Positions 1-12,854 of a stretch of 49,477 nt of DNA are shown here, piece by piece. Source of the stretch: Nemertoderma westbladi (taxonomy: Eukaryota > Animalia > Xenacoelomorpha); the NCBI GenBank assembly GCA_032718475.1, contig JAUCBJ010003472.1, forward strand, positions 1-49,477, in the 5' to 3' direction. The notes under the pieces are model-generated. The model saw only the letters and a list, made by a program, of their open reading frames with translations, did no database searches and had not been told where the DNA came from. Both the position numbers and the translations under genes were made by a program. Numbering within the stretch: position 1 is the first letter of the stretch; every line of letters begins with the position of its first letter.

Positions 1-1036
1 TTGAACATTGTTTGTCTTGTCTTACCTTCTTATACCATACGCCACTTGTGATTCAGTTTTCAATGATTCTTATCTTTATGTGCAAGTGAAATCATTAGTA
101 TGTCGTCCGACCATTTAACTAATTAAAGACGCCGGGGCCTTATACCGGATTGAAATAATAATAATATAGCAGTTTAGCGAACTATTAATTTTCAGCCTAT
201 TCTTAAAATCTAAACTTTTCCGGTCTTAAAACTCATTGTTTCTAGAGTTTCAGTTTTTTAGTAGGTACAGGGTACATATCATCTGAGAATCGGGCTTACC
301 GGTACCTGTCTACCTGTGCTGTATAAAGACATACCAGTAAACGACAGTAAAAGATCGGTATACTGCAGGTAAGCCATCAGCCAGGCAGTACTGTAAGTAG
401 GCCTTCTGGTTTAGTTTCATTATCAACGATGGCAACAAGGATGGTCCCACATATTGTTGTTTAGTGTTTAGTACAGTGTTTGTGTTGTATACTTTGTATA
501 CGTTTTATACTTTCCATTATATAAATTGTGTATACTTTGGTAATATGTGTACATATCTGTGAGTATATTTCTCTGGGTACACTTTGTATTATTTTTATTT
601 TATGTATGTAACAACATCACATTACATTCACGTCACATCACATCACATTGCCAAAGTATTCACCACCATTACCTAAAACTTTATTTATTAACGAAGCCTA
701 ATTCAAAGACAAAGTATTCTTGTCGATTGTACTTAGACTATTCTGAATTATTCTATTGTAAGTAAAATCGTCAAAATTCTGCAACGTTTGGTGTGTCAGT
801 ATAAACCCGAGTTTTCTTCTTGAATATTTTATATGAATTAATGTGGATCCAGAGTATACACGTTCGTGGGGCCTTCGCGCAACACGAGGCCCAGTTATGA
901 GATACAAATTAATATCGAGCGACTGTATCACAAAATCAGTATTTAACTTTATAAATTAGTAAAATTTAGAAATTTAACCACACCGCCAATCAATCAAAAA
1001 AAGAGGGACAGTACGTGTTCAGCCCTTTAAATCTGC

Positions 1037-1093
1037 ACCCCCACCCCACCCCACCCCACCCCACCCCCCCCCCCCCCCCCACCCTTCCCACCC
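1037..1093 (+). repeat. (CACCC)n / poly-C tract
   Basis: About six CACCC units followed by a C homopolymer; G-rich on the minus strand. Confidence 0.85.
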
Positions 1094-1995
1094 ACCAATA
1101 CATAACCGCGACATCTACCACCCACGGAAGGTAGCACGAACTTATTTCCAATCGCACGTTCAATATGCGAAGCCAGGTGGTTTATAGGAATATAATCTAC
1201 GCAGTACTAAATACAGTCGATGCAGTAATGAATGATATTCAAATAATTTATTTAATATACTGTTAATGCCTCTGAAAACTTAGACAATTAAAATACACAG
1301 AAATCCCATCAAAAAATAATAAGCATAATATTTTGAGAAATAAACAATTTTGGATATAAGCCTTCTGCAGTGGTAATCTTATTGACTGACAATCATTAAA
1401 TGAGATCTGTCTATTACCTGAGACTAAAGAACACAGACTCTATAGTGTAATAGGAGGTAGGGAATGCAGGTTTCAATCTCGTTAGGTCTAGCTGGCAGCC
1501 GTGTGGCTAGTTACATACAACCCCCCTCCACTGGCATTCCCAGCAACTGGCTCCCTTACACACACATCCCCCATCTATGTACCAGCCAACTTGCAAGTTG
1601 GCCAATAAATGATCAGTATTTAATGAGAATCCATTTTTTATGCCGTTTTAATTACTTTAGATCAATTAAAGACACAATTATTAAAGCAAATCACTTGAAC
1701 TAATTAAAAACTATAATAGAATGGCGTATGTGGATTACATCTGTATAATTTTTAATTATAATTATTTAAATCTTATACTGTAAAACAATTAATTTCCTTT
1801 AAAAGGCAGGTTGAAAATTGTGTTTTCACCGTAATCAACTTAATTAACTAATTAACTGCTATTATCTTAGCTTCTCGAAGGCCACACGGAAATTCTACTT
1901 GGAAAATTTCTAAACTTTTGCCAAACAACATGTGTACCAAGTTTGGATAGATTTCATCAAAGATTGGCTGAGTTATTAACGTTTAAAATTGAACA

Positions 1996-2031
1996 CGACA
2001 GAACGACAGAACGACAGAACGACAGAACGAC
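1996..2031 (+). repeat. 8-bp microsatellite (GACAGAAC) x4.5, probably inside an interspersed repeat
   Basis: gacagaac-gacagaac-gacagaac-gacagaac-gaca is seen directly. Confidence 0.8.
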
Positions 2032-2848
2032 AGGTTGATTAATGGTACCACTACGCTAAGGCTCACTCACTTCGTGGCTCGCCCCACATGTTATATCCTT
2101 TGGCATCTTCGATATAATTTTACATTTGAAAACTCAATAAAAATAAACGGTCGAAAAAAGACGCCTTAAGTGCAACCAATTACACACCACCCAATTATTT
2201 CCTTGTGCTCTTTTACATTAAATTTAACTTAATTTTACATATGGCATTCGCGCCTGCGATATAAATTTATTAATAAAAATAATTAATGTTTTGTTAATTC
2301 CGCTCTGCTCATGTGCTTCGCTGTATTATATAATTTGCAATATTATTTATTAATTTTCAGTCGTTGTATCCCTATTTACTGTATACCTACATCCTACAAG
2401 GCCGTCCAGTTCGAAGCGTTGCTTGCGAAAATCTACTCGCCAACCGCCGAAGAACAGTGGGACGGGCAGTAAATTACAAGAGACTGGTGGCTGGGTGACC
2501 GCCCAGCCTTCCGTACTCGATGGGACTGACACCTCAGTGCCGAAGAGTTCAGCAATAATCTCGCACTCCGGTACAGCGTGGTCCCTCCTGGTCTACCTGT
2601 GATATGCCAGGGGTGTGGAGGCGAGTTGTCCACAGCCCACGCACTGAGCTGCAAAATCTGGTGGTCTTGTAGTGAAACGTCACAATGAGGTCCTCTGGGG
2701 ATCTCTGGTGTAGGACCATCGCTTATGGTGACCCTGTCGCTAGGATGGCAGTCAGCGCGGTGTTCGTGCCGACTTGGTAGCTCGGGGAGTTTGGGATTCT
2801 CAAAGGGTGGCGTCGTTCGACGTCGTAGTGATCAATAATACTGACTCT

Positions 2849-5652
2849 CAGTGCCGGATTAACCTTAAGGCATATAAGGCACGTGCCTTAGGGCCAGACG
2901 AAAATACGGGCCATTTTTTCTCAGCGAGTCTGTGAAAAAAATTATTTTTATCTGAAAAGTCCACATTTTTTCTCACTAGAATTTCTAGAAAACAGAACAA
3001 AAGTGCATCCATCTTTCGACTTTTTCCTATCACTAGATTTGTGGTAGAAATTGCAAAATTGTAGCTCAATCGACCGACAGCTGCTTGTGTTATTAGTTCA
3101 AGACCTGATAGCAGGGAAATAATAAAATATGGGCAGTAAAACATTAAAGTGCTAATTATGAACAATGGAGAATTTAATTTTATTTATTTGTGGGGAATTA
3201 TTTGTAGTTATGTACTTAAAACTTTCTAGAACAACTAAATACAAGATGGAATTTCATGAAAATTTCCAGAAGGTCGGAGTAACTATCGAGACACACCTGG
3301 AACCTTTTTTTTGTGTCTATGTTTGAGGGTCACTTAATTGCACCAAAAACCAAAAATGACACATTTTCGAAGTTTATATTAGAAATACATTTGATAATTG
3401 TTTTAAACATAATATGTTTTTAGAGGTTCCACAATTGTGTCTCACTACTAAAAACCTGCTGCGAAAATTTCAGCCTATTCCATCAAGCCGTTCTCGAGAA
3501 AAAGGTACATTTATTTCGAAATTTCACGAAAAATAAGATGCTGAGAAAAACGCATTTTAAGTTTTCAAACCTTCCCGCTAATTTTATGTAAAACGCGGGA
3601 AATTTCAAAAATAAGCCAAAATATAATAAACTACTCCAGCGAAAATTTACCAACCAAAATTTACGAACCAAAATTTACGATTTAGGGGTTTTCGTAGTCG
3701 CTGAATTTATTTCTGATATATGTTTTAATGTTTGATGATATCTGAACTGCCTGTCTGTCTGTCATTATGTCTGTCTGTCTGTCAACTCACAGACAATAAA
3801 TAAGTAAGCACATCACTTTACTATAATTTATGATATGGGGGTTTTCCTAGTGTCTGATTCCATTTCCGATGTCAATTTTAATATTTGACTGAACCTAGAA
3901 TGTCTGTTTATCTGTTTTTATGTCTGTCTGTCTGTCAGTCAAAATATAAGGAGGCATGTCACCTGAATAAAATTTCAGATATGGGGGTTTTCCTAGTCTC
4001 TGATTTCATTGCTAATACATGTTATAATGTTTGATGACATCTGGACTGTCTGTATGTCTATCTGTGTGTCGGTCTGTCTGTTTGTCTGTCTGTCTGACTT
4101 AGTGTCGGTGTCACAGATAAAATATAAGTAAACACATCACTTTACTATAATTTTAATTTCTGATATGGGGGTTTTCCTAGTTGCTGATTTCATTTCCCAT
4201 GTCATTTTTAATAATTGCATGAACCTAGACTGTCTGTTTAAGTCTGTCTGTATGTACAGACAGATCGACTGACAGACAAATATAAAGGCATAATAGACTC
4301 CTCCAAACAGGAAAGATAACACCAGAAATGAAATCACCGACCTTAAAACCTTACGTAGTGTGATTCGTTATGTTTTTGACAGACAGACCGACAGACGGAG
4401 AGACAAACTAGATTACGTCAAATTTGAAAACTGACACCGGAAATGAAATCCGCGACCACGAAAACCCATGTAGCAATTATTTTAGTTAGGTGGTGTATAT
4501 TTTTATATCCATAATTTGTTGACAAACAGAAAAACAGACCAATAGACAGACAAAAAGAAAAACAGACAACTTAAGCTTATGCTGTGATGTTAGGATTTCG
4601 ATTTCTGAAATCTACGTTAAATTCTGATTTAGAATTAATAAAAAAAAAATTTCGAAAATTTTCATATTTTTGAAAAGTACTGGGGTACCATCTCCCCCTA
4701 ATTTAACCGAAATTCAGATGTTCTGCCCTCGTGTATTGCATTTTGCATACATGGCATTTTAGGTGCAATTCTGCAAAACCTAAAACTGTCGGACAGCATA
4801 ATTGAATTTGGGTAAATTAAAATTAGTGACAAAAAGTACTTATTTCCGAGACTGTTCTCTTATCGAAGAACATTACTTTCTCAGCAAGTCCAAATCTAGA
4901 TCAGAAATATTATATCTTTGCACTAAGCCCACACTTTTGGTGTGTTATATTTATCAGCAAGTCCTGTAAAGATAAGTACCCTGCAAAACCTACAGCAAAT
5001 AAATAACACATTCCCACGATTCGATCAAAATTGCTAAATGCCTACAGGGGCCAGTCAGCCTTAAGGGGGCTAACTATAACCCACACACAGAAATGAAATT
5101 TTCGAAAATTTACAAATTTTTTTGTAGTTTGATAGAAGGGCTTTCATAAAAGGTAATATCTGTTTTCAACATTGAATTATTTTTTGACCTCAAAACTGCT
5201 CTTTTCAACAACATAATATATTGCTGATATTTATGCCTCTCTGTATAAAACAACCTTTTTATCAGTTTGTCGATTTTGACTTTTTTCATCACTAAATTCC
5301 CTACTACTTTTTTTTGTATTCAATTTCCATTAAACATATACCAAAATGTTTAGCATCTTTAGGGCTACAATCGTGAATATTGGTTTGTAAAACATGGCCA
5401 TTTGGATCTTCTAGAACCGATTTTGTAACGATTTGCTACACTTTGTCTATCACAAAATAGTACTTAGTACTTATTTGCACGCAGTCATCCAACGAAAATA
5501 CTTTATATTTCCTTCGCAACATTTTCACAATTTCAGTTGTTTTTAGCAGCTTTTTCTTTTGAAAGGGTTTGCGGAAAAATATGAACTTTCGGGCCATTTT
5601 TGGAAATTACTAAAATGTGCCTTAGGGCCACCAGAGGCTTAATCCGGCACTG
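2849..5652. mobile_element. Non-autonomous hAT-type DNA transposon (2.8 kb)
   Basis: Perfect 14-bp TIR CAGTGCCGGATTAA at both ends. Perfect 8-bp TSD CTGACTCT (2841-2848, 5653-5660). Subterminal motif gtgccttagggcca near both ends. No transposase ORF. Confidence 0.9.
3670..4570. repeat. Degenerate ~130-180-bp internal repeats with (GTCT)n tracts; direct copies followed by inverted copies
   Basis: Motif gatatgggggttttcctagt..ctgattt occurs at ~3680, 3833, 3978 and 4162. Reverse-complement copies with (AGAC)n occur at ~4325-4350 and ~4435-4470. Confidence 0.7.
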
Positions 5653-6980
5653 CTGACTCTTACACCAAAATAAACTGCCAAACAAACTGTGGGACAAAAG
5701 CCGCAGCTACAAGATGCGACATTGCCGCGCAGTGTGTGAGGGCAGGAGGATGTCCTATACCCCCCTTGTTGGTGCCACTGATGGAGTCTGGGAATGATGA
5801 CTGATGGATAGATAGTCAGTGGGGGTTAAAAAAATACATTTTTTTTGTCAATAAAATTGTTTAGGGGAGGTTTACACCATTTTGGTCCAAAATATTACGA
5901 AATTATTTTTATGATTGATTATACTGCATGTTTAAATTTATTTATTAATATTAATAATTTTTAATATTTAATAGCTATTTAATTATTATTTTCCGCCATT
6001 TAATAGCTCTTTTAATTTTCAAGTTATAACAACTTCCATTTAGGGAGACCTATGGAATGTACTATTATTGCTATGTATAATGAAAGGTCGATTATCTCCA
6101 AATATTTTTTTATGAAATTGTCAAATTCAAAACCCTACTACTTTTACAATTCTTGAGCAATTTAGTCTGAAAATTTCTATGGGTGTCTACATAGCCATCC
6201 TGCATAAAAGTATCAGACAACTTTTTGAAATTTTTTGTTAATATTATTTAATACTATTTATAACAAACCTAAAAAATTAGCATACATTTTTTTTTATTAA
6301 TTTGTTTAAATTTTTTTTATTGTTAAGTAGTATTAACTAATATTAAATATCGAAAAATAAAATTTTTCTGACCTGTCATGTAGAATAGCATCTTAGGTAC
6401 CTATATTCTAAATTATAACCAAAAACAAACAATTTGGAAACGCTGAAAGTGATAAATCGAAGAGTTGTCCGAAAATGGTGTACACACCCCCCCCCCCCCC
6501 CCCCTCAATATTCCATGGATTTAAAAAAAATTTAAAATTTGTAGTGGAAAAAGAGTCAATACTGGGGCTTGAACCAGATTTTTAAGTGCTGTATAACGTA
6601 TGGTATACATATTGATTAGCACCAAGCACCTAACGAGTTGGTGACTCAAATTTTTCAATTTCCAAATTGTAATTTAATACTCAATTAATATAAAATAGAT
6701 GTACTGAATTAGACTGAAAAGCAAGGAATAACAAATATATACTTTGGAAATAAGATTAGAGGCATTTTGTGAAATATTGCTAATCAAATATTTAATTTAA
6801 TGATCATCAAACATCATCACCAAACATATATTTAAATAAATTTTGGTCAAAAAAGTGGTGTTGTTTTTTGACCCCAAAATGGGGTAAAACAAAAACAAGG
6901 GTGGCTAATTAATTAAAAAACGTAGTTTCAAGTGTTGATAGATGATAGACGACCATCTGCGTTACATACTGCTAGCTAAA

Positions 6981-7280
6981 GGCCCGTCCACATCCAACGG
7001 AACGGTACACTGCGCGGTGTACCGCAGGGCCAGGCCAGCGGTACACCGCTGACTGAACGACCAAACAGGTAGTTGTTCCCTAAACCGCGCGGTTTACCGC
7101 AGCCCATTTAAACAATGTTAAAAAAATGTAATTTCCTGTTAAATTCACATTCGACAGATCGACAATCAGTTACCGCAACGGTACCGTTGGGTGTGAACGG
7201 GTTCCGGGTAGTGTACCGCTGGCTTACCGCTTCAATACCGCCAGACTACTTTACCGCTCACGCCCCGTTGGATGTTAACT
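6981..7280. mobile_element. Degenerate MITE, PIF/Harbinger-like ends
   Basis: Left end ggcccgtccacatccaacgg has inverted matches ccgttgggtgtgaacggg (~7184-7201) and ccgttggatgt (~7265-7275). Internal taccgc/gcggta motifs. TSD not clean. Confidence 0.45.
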
Positions 7281-7294
7281 TAACGTACTAATTA

Positions 7295-7815
7295 ACGTAG
7301 TTATATTCTCCCTACCGCTACCACTCCCGGTAACCACAGAAACTACTTTCTAACCAACTCGAGATACTGTTTCAACATTATTTGGGTCCATGGGAAAGCC
7401 GGCTCTAAGTTCCAACAATTAGTAGGTCTATGTTTCAGTTTTATGGAAAATATTTTCAAGTTTGTCGTAAAAATCATTGATGGTGAAAAGGTTTTTTATT
7501 GCACTGATTCTCCCTGGGTGCATTGATTTAGCTTTTTTACTACTTAGTGTATTCCGTACCATGAACATTGTAGCCAATCCCTTCCAGGACACCATATAGT
7601 TGATGTGCCAGGCTTATAAATTTTCTCATTCCGCGCATAAGTTTCAATAATCCCGAGAATTTTCATTCTTATCGGGGCAAAGCCCGTTGCAGCCATGCTT
7701 TCAATACAGTTAGCTAAATCAGGCCATTACTTAATGTTGAATCGAATGTCTTCCCTCCTTTGTTTCCTATCACACGAAATCCCTTTGAATAAACCTGCAA
7801 TCTCGTATATAAGGT
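7295..7815 (-). pseudogene. pogo/CENP-B-like (DDE_1) transposase N-terminal relic
   Basis: Broken minus-strand translation: NTLYTRL..DLANCIESMAATGFAP..ILGIIETY..PGRDWL..NLFTINDFYDKLENIF..CWNL..GFPMDP..VVTGSGSGRENITT. This is the HTH-CENPB to first-catalytic-motif order of pogo-family transposases. Confidence 0.7.
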
Positions 7816-7823
7816 GTTCACAG

Positions 7824-7933
7824 CGTGATCGGACAGTTGGGCCAACCACATTTGGGCCATCGTGATCGGACAGTTGGGCCAACCACATTTGGGCCATCGT
7901 GATCGGACAGTTGGGCCAACCACATTTGGGCCA
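7824..7933 (+). repeat. 37-bp unit x3 (CGTGATCGGACAGTTGGGCCAACCACATTTGGGCCAT)
   Basis: Near-perfect copies start at 7824, 7861 and 7898. Confidence 0.9.
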
Positions 7934-8245
7934 AATTTATTGAGGCTATGGGGGATTGTATATTATGGGTATATTTGTTTATTATTTTGATTAGGATTAG
8001 TTGGTTAGGCCTTAACCCACAATTAAATCTGTCATGTAACCCTAACCATAAGTCAAAATCTAAGAAATTTAGCGGAATTTCCGACATTATTGACAGTATC
8101 GGCCCTAGGGCGGATAATGGCTGATAATAGGTTCGTGTACAGTGTGAAACGGTTTGAATCATCTGTTTTTATACCCCACACATACATTTTAGGTAAAAAA
8201 AAAACACGCTGTACAAAGCGCACTGGTAGGAATAATACAATGAGA

Positions 8246-9558
8246 CTCTGTAACCTGCTCCTTTACTAACACTAACCTGCTCCTTTAAATAGCAAAGGCA
8301 CCTAACGCTCTTTGGAACCTAACGCTCTTTGGGACCTAACGCTCTTTGGATCCTAACTCTCTTTGGAACCTAGCTCTCTTTGGAACCTAACTCTCTTTGG
8401 AACCTAACTCTCTTTGGAACCTAACGCTCTTTGGAACCTAACTATCTTTGGAACCTAACGCTCTTTGGAACCTAACTATCTTTGGAACCTAACGCTCTTT
8501 GGAACCTAACTCTCTTTGGAACCTAACTCTCTTTGGATCCTAACTCTCTTTGGAACCTAACTCTCTTTGGAACCTAACGCTCTTTGGAACCTAACTATCT
8601 TTGGAACCTAACGCTCTTTGGAACCTAACTATCTTTGGAACCTAACGCTCTTTGGAACCTAACGCTCTTTGGAACCTAACGCTCTTTGGATCCTAACTCT
8701 CTTTGGAACCTAGCTCTCTTTGGAACCTAACTCTCTTTGGAACCTAACTATCTTTGGAACCTAACGCTCTTTGGAACCTAACTCTCTTTGGAACCTAACT
8801 CTCTTTGGAACCTAACGCTCTTTGGAACCTAACTATCTTTGGAACCTAACGCTCTTTGGAACCTAACGCTCTTTGGGACCTAACGCTCTTTGGATCCTAA
8901 CTCTCTTTGGAACCTAGCTCTCTTTGGAACCTAACTCTCTTTGGAACCTAACTCTCTTTGGAACCTAACGCTCTTTGGAACCTAACTCTCTTTGGAACCT
9001 AACGCTCTTTGGAACGTAACTATCTTTGGAACCTAACGCTCTTTGGAACCTAGCTCTCTTTGGAACCTAACGCTCTTTGGGACCTAACTCTCTTTGGATC
9101 CTAACTCTCTTTGGAACCTAGCTCTCTTTGGAACCTAACTCTCTTTGGAACCTAACTCTCTTTGGAACCTAACGCTCTTTGGAACCTAACTATCTTTGGA
9201 ACCTAACGCTCTTTGGAACCTAGCTCTCTTTGGAACCTAACGCTCTTTGGGACCTAACTCTCTTTGGAACCTAACGCTCTTTGGGACCTAACTCTCTTTG
9301 GAACCTAACTCTCTTTGGAACCTAACGCACTTTGGAACCTAACTCTCTTTGGAACCTAACTCTCTTTGGAACCTAACTCTCTTTGGAACCTAACGCTATT
9401 TGGGACCGAACGCTCTTTGGAACCTAACGCTCTTTGGGACCTAACGCGACTTTACCTCTTTGTTTTGTACAGGTCTTAAAGAGCGTTCGGTCCCATGCCA
9501 TTTAAAGTCCCGTTGCCATTCACACTGCAGGTTAGTAATAAAGGAGCAGGTTTCAGAG
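8246..9558. mobile_element. Small foldback/MITE-like element enclosing a 17-bp satellite
   Basis: Outer inverted repeat ctctgtaacctgctcctttactaacactaacctgc (8246-8280) vs gcaggttagtaataaaggagcaggtttcagag (9527-9558). Inner inverted repeat tttaaatagcaaaggcacctaacgctcttt vs aaagagcgttcggtcccatgccatttaaa. No clear TSD. Confidence 0.6.
8301..9447 (+). repeat. 17-bp minisatellite CCTAAC(G/T)CTCTTTGGAA, about 67 copies
   Basis: Uninterrupted tandem array with recurring point variants. Confidence 0.97.
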
Positions 9559-10067
9559 GCGTGTTGGGGGAACCAAAACAATAAACGAAAGTTAACACAT
9601 TATGCACACAGATAATGCAGGTTACTTAATTGCGTCTTGGGTCTTTCTTTTTGTACTCACCCATTGCCATTTTAGGATTCAGAGAATACTGCACTGTGGT
9701 AAATTCGAAGCAACCAATAGAATTCATGAGTGGGTAATGCCCCCCCCCCCCCCCCCCCCCCCTTGTCCTAAATATTGATGATCTACACGTGCTCAAAATT
9801 TTTAATGAGCAAGATGACGCGATGTTTTCGGAGCTACAGACTCAGAAATCTTAATATCCATCTGAAAGCGAGGGCAGCATTAATCGTCGTAAACAATGAT
9901 AACGCTGGTTATATTTTTTTTCAAATAAAACAATATATTCGATTTAAAAACGTAACGGAAAACACTATTTTCCACAAATTTTCTTTAGTAAAATTCAGTT
10001 ATTCTGCCCTGGTTGTTGAGTTTTCCACTCATTGGCATTTTAAACACTCACTTCACTATGGGAAGGA

Positions 10068-10260
10068 AACTGGACGCCAATCCCATCTTGGCGAATTAAT
10101 ATTTCGCATCAATGTTAAATTCTCAATTTAGGGAAAGGAGCAGGTTACAGTGGCACGTTATTTTAACCAAAACAGTAAACTAAACACAATAGAACAGGTT
10201 ACAGTTTTATTTTTGAGAGTAATCAGCTGTTATTTGCGTCGAATTTCCCCTGGAGGGATG
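10068..10260 (-). repeat. Copy of a dispersed repeat family (core CTGTAACCTGCTCCTTTCCC)
   Basis: 10068-10202 is the reverse complement of 48910-49045, and 10215-10260 is the reverse complement of ~47665-47712. The same core occurs at 13330-13410, 47245-47360 and 8246-8285. Confidence 0.75.
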
Positions 10261-10739
10261 AATTTTTATTGCGTCGAAAGCCCCCACCCCCTTTCTGCTT
10301 TTTTCCATAATACTAGACATTCTAAATTCAGTAAAAAATGTTAAAAATGGCATCAAAATGACCAACCACCGACCTGGATAACTTTTTAGAGAGAAATTAT
10401 TTAAGATAAGTTTCATGAGGTTTATTTATTAAATCAAACAGTTTAGTTTTAATCAAATATGTTCAGTCATTTAAAATCATTGCAAACAGAGTCATATAGG
10501 CAAGTAGGCAAATTCAGAGGCAAATATGCAAATCTCGATAGTGTCGCAAATTTAGCGCAAGTTAAATAAAGTTTCGTTTATTGTTTTGGTTAGAAAACAC
10601 CACCACTGTAATTCAATTTAATTTCTTAAACCCTCTAATCACATAGACAGACACTCACAAAACTCATTCAGAAAGTCATCTGAAAAACTTTTTCAGTTAT
10701 TCATAATTATTATTGTTATAAGGATCTATTAATTGCTTC

Positions 10740-10960
10740 AATGATACGCTATCATCGTGCAGGACATTGCTTCCGACGTGAAGACCAGCCTGTGCATAAT
10801 ATTGTGCTTTGGCGGATCATCTCGAGATACTACGAAAGGTGGACAGCCCATGACTTTCTTGAGACGCCTCTTAAAGAGCACTGGCGTTGGAGATGCGGAT
10901 AATCTCGAGAAAGTCATGAGGGATAGAGAGTTGTGGCGGTGCAATTTTGTTGACAAGACG
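10740..10960 (+). pseudogene. RTE-like LINE ORF C-terminal relic
   Basis: Reads AGHCFRREDQPV..LW..GGQPMTFLRRLLKSTG..NLEKVMRDRELWR, the typical AGHC..GRP..M.DR..WR tail of RTE-type elements. Confidence 0.6.
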
Positions 10961-12562
10961 GTTCGGTACAACATTATTTAAAATATATGTAATGCAGATG
11001 GAATGCAGCATGTTGACAAAATAATGAGGTCCGGTACCAGTGATTTTTTATTAGAACAACAAACAGTAAGACCAACCAGACAAGCGGAGAAAGAAAAAAT
11101 GATGTTATGTTATTAAAAGGACTAATGCCATGATTAAAAATATTAAGAAATTAAATTTGAACATTAATAAACAATAAATTTGAACATTAATAAATTTAGC
11201 AACAGAAAAAACATTCACTGAAATTTACAATGTTAACCAAGTACGAATAAATTTAAAACAATATTATATCACTTGTTATAAAATATGACAAACAAAGGAT
11301 TTAAAAATAATTGAAAAGAAAATGGAAATTGCCAAAATGATTGGCAAAAGTGATATCTTCATTAATATCCAATGATTAATATCATTAGAGACTCTACTAC
11401 AACATGTAATTATTCAATTAATACATGAAAAAAAAACACAAAAATATTACAAATGAAAGTAACGAAATATCCGAGTAATCACGATATTGTTATTAATAAT
11501 ATCCGAATATTTATTTACTGAAATAACAAACAAATGAAATAAATTACTAAGAACATAACGATTAGTGGAAAAAAAACTATTTATTTCATCATGCCAGGAA
11601 ATAAAGCGAGAAACTCGCCTACAATTAATTTACACATCCTAATCGCTTTGAAAGGGGAGCAAAAGGCTTCATACTACTACAGTGTGTTTTGGTTAAAATG
11701 GACGGAAATAGTTGTAAATGGATGATAAATGGCCAATAGAAAAATACCATGAGGCTCGAAGGATCAAGCAATATAACTTTCCCTCACATTTTAACCAATA
11801 ACTTGAGTTTGAGAAAATATACAAACAAACTGCTGGGCAGAGAAGCAGCAATTACTACACGAATTCAATAGACCTTTAAACATAAACTTATAATTCTTAT
11901 ATAAACTATAAATATATAACATAATAACAATTTTAATTGATTTAATTAATTAAAAACAAATAATATGCATTGCCTATAACCGATATATCTTGGATTGATT
12001 AAGTTGTCTACGTGGGTAATCCACACCATCCCACGCGACCACCAGGTATAAACACGCATCTTAACGAAACAACTAGATCGACCATAACTTCAAACATTTA
12101 ACACTTTTATAAATTTTAACAGATAAACTTCTAAATAAAGATTGGTATTGAAATTCTAAGGAAGACGCAAAAGGCTATTATTAGGAGACAGAGACTGGAC
12201 AAACATGTGGGGTACTACTAGCCAAGCCAGTATGCGTCTAGTTACCCAAATATAGTCTAACCATATAGAAATGATCGAATACACAATCAAATGGAAAACT
12301 AAGTACTGACACAACATCCTCCAAATTCTAGAAAATTCGGTTTCCATGGACAAAATATGTAGAGAAATGAAACGGTTGTTAGGTGATCATTTGGGATTAG
12401 GTTGAGGAATGGAAATGGAAAAATAGTTAGAGACCCGAAATGTTCCACTTAATTAAATATTTGTAAACCGTTAAAAAATGATATTTAATACAATGTGATT
12501 ATAATCAAATAAAAAGAATGATCAGAGTTTAAAATCTACAAATTAGTTGAAACCAATAAATA

Positions 12563-12854
12563 TCGCAATTACTCGAATAAAGGCCGATCTCAACGAATTT
12601 CCAACCCAGGTACTGATCAAGTTGCTCCAAAAACCTAGCCCAGATTTCAGCAACTTTAATGAAATTTCGCGTGCGAAATTTAGAGGAAATTATCAATTAT
12701 ATAGAGAAACTAAAGTTTCCTGACGAGTTGTAATTGTGTAAATAAAACAGCTTTACGCATAAAATCGCAAGTTTTCTGTTTCTCGAATAAACCAAAGGCA
12801 TAAATTATAAATGTATAAACTTGTAATTATGAGCGTTTATTCGAGTAAATACGG
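12563..12854. mobile_element. Degenerate MITE with CCGTATTTACTCGAATAAA-type TIRs (TA-targeting, pogo/Tc2-like)
   Basis: Left ta|tcgcaattactcgaataaaggc vs right gcgtttattcgagtaaatacgg|tt; imperfect inverted match over ~22 bp. Confidence 0.55.

Larger units (their letters stand above)
2400..5795 (+). pseudogene. Decayed C-terminus of a restriction-like-endonuclease non-LTR retrotransposon (CRE/R2-group-like), split by the hAT insertion
   Basis: Frameshifted translation gives ETGGWVTAQP..LSAEEFSNNLALRY..LPVICQGCGGELSTAHALSCK/SGGLVVKRHNEV (CCHC knuckle + RHN) and RADLVARGVWDSQRVASFDVVVINNTDS. It resumes in frame after 5660 as YTK..., then KMRHCRAVCEGRRMSYTPLVGATDG. Confidence 0.75.

Noticed and set aside
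1880-2090. Helentron/DINE-like interspersed element around the GACAGAAC microsatellite
   Set aside because: General resemblance only; subterminal inverted repeats and boundaries could not be fixed by eye.
5862-6495. Possible MITE with GGGG..TACACCATTTT inverted ends
   Set aside because: The inverted match is short and degenerate, the right end runs into poly-C, and there is no TSD; too weak to call.
6555-6640. tRNA/SINE-like B-box (GGTTCAAGCCCC on the minus strand)
   Set aside because: No cloverleaf or convincing A-box spacing.
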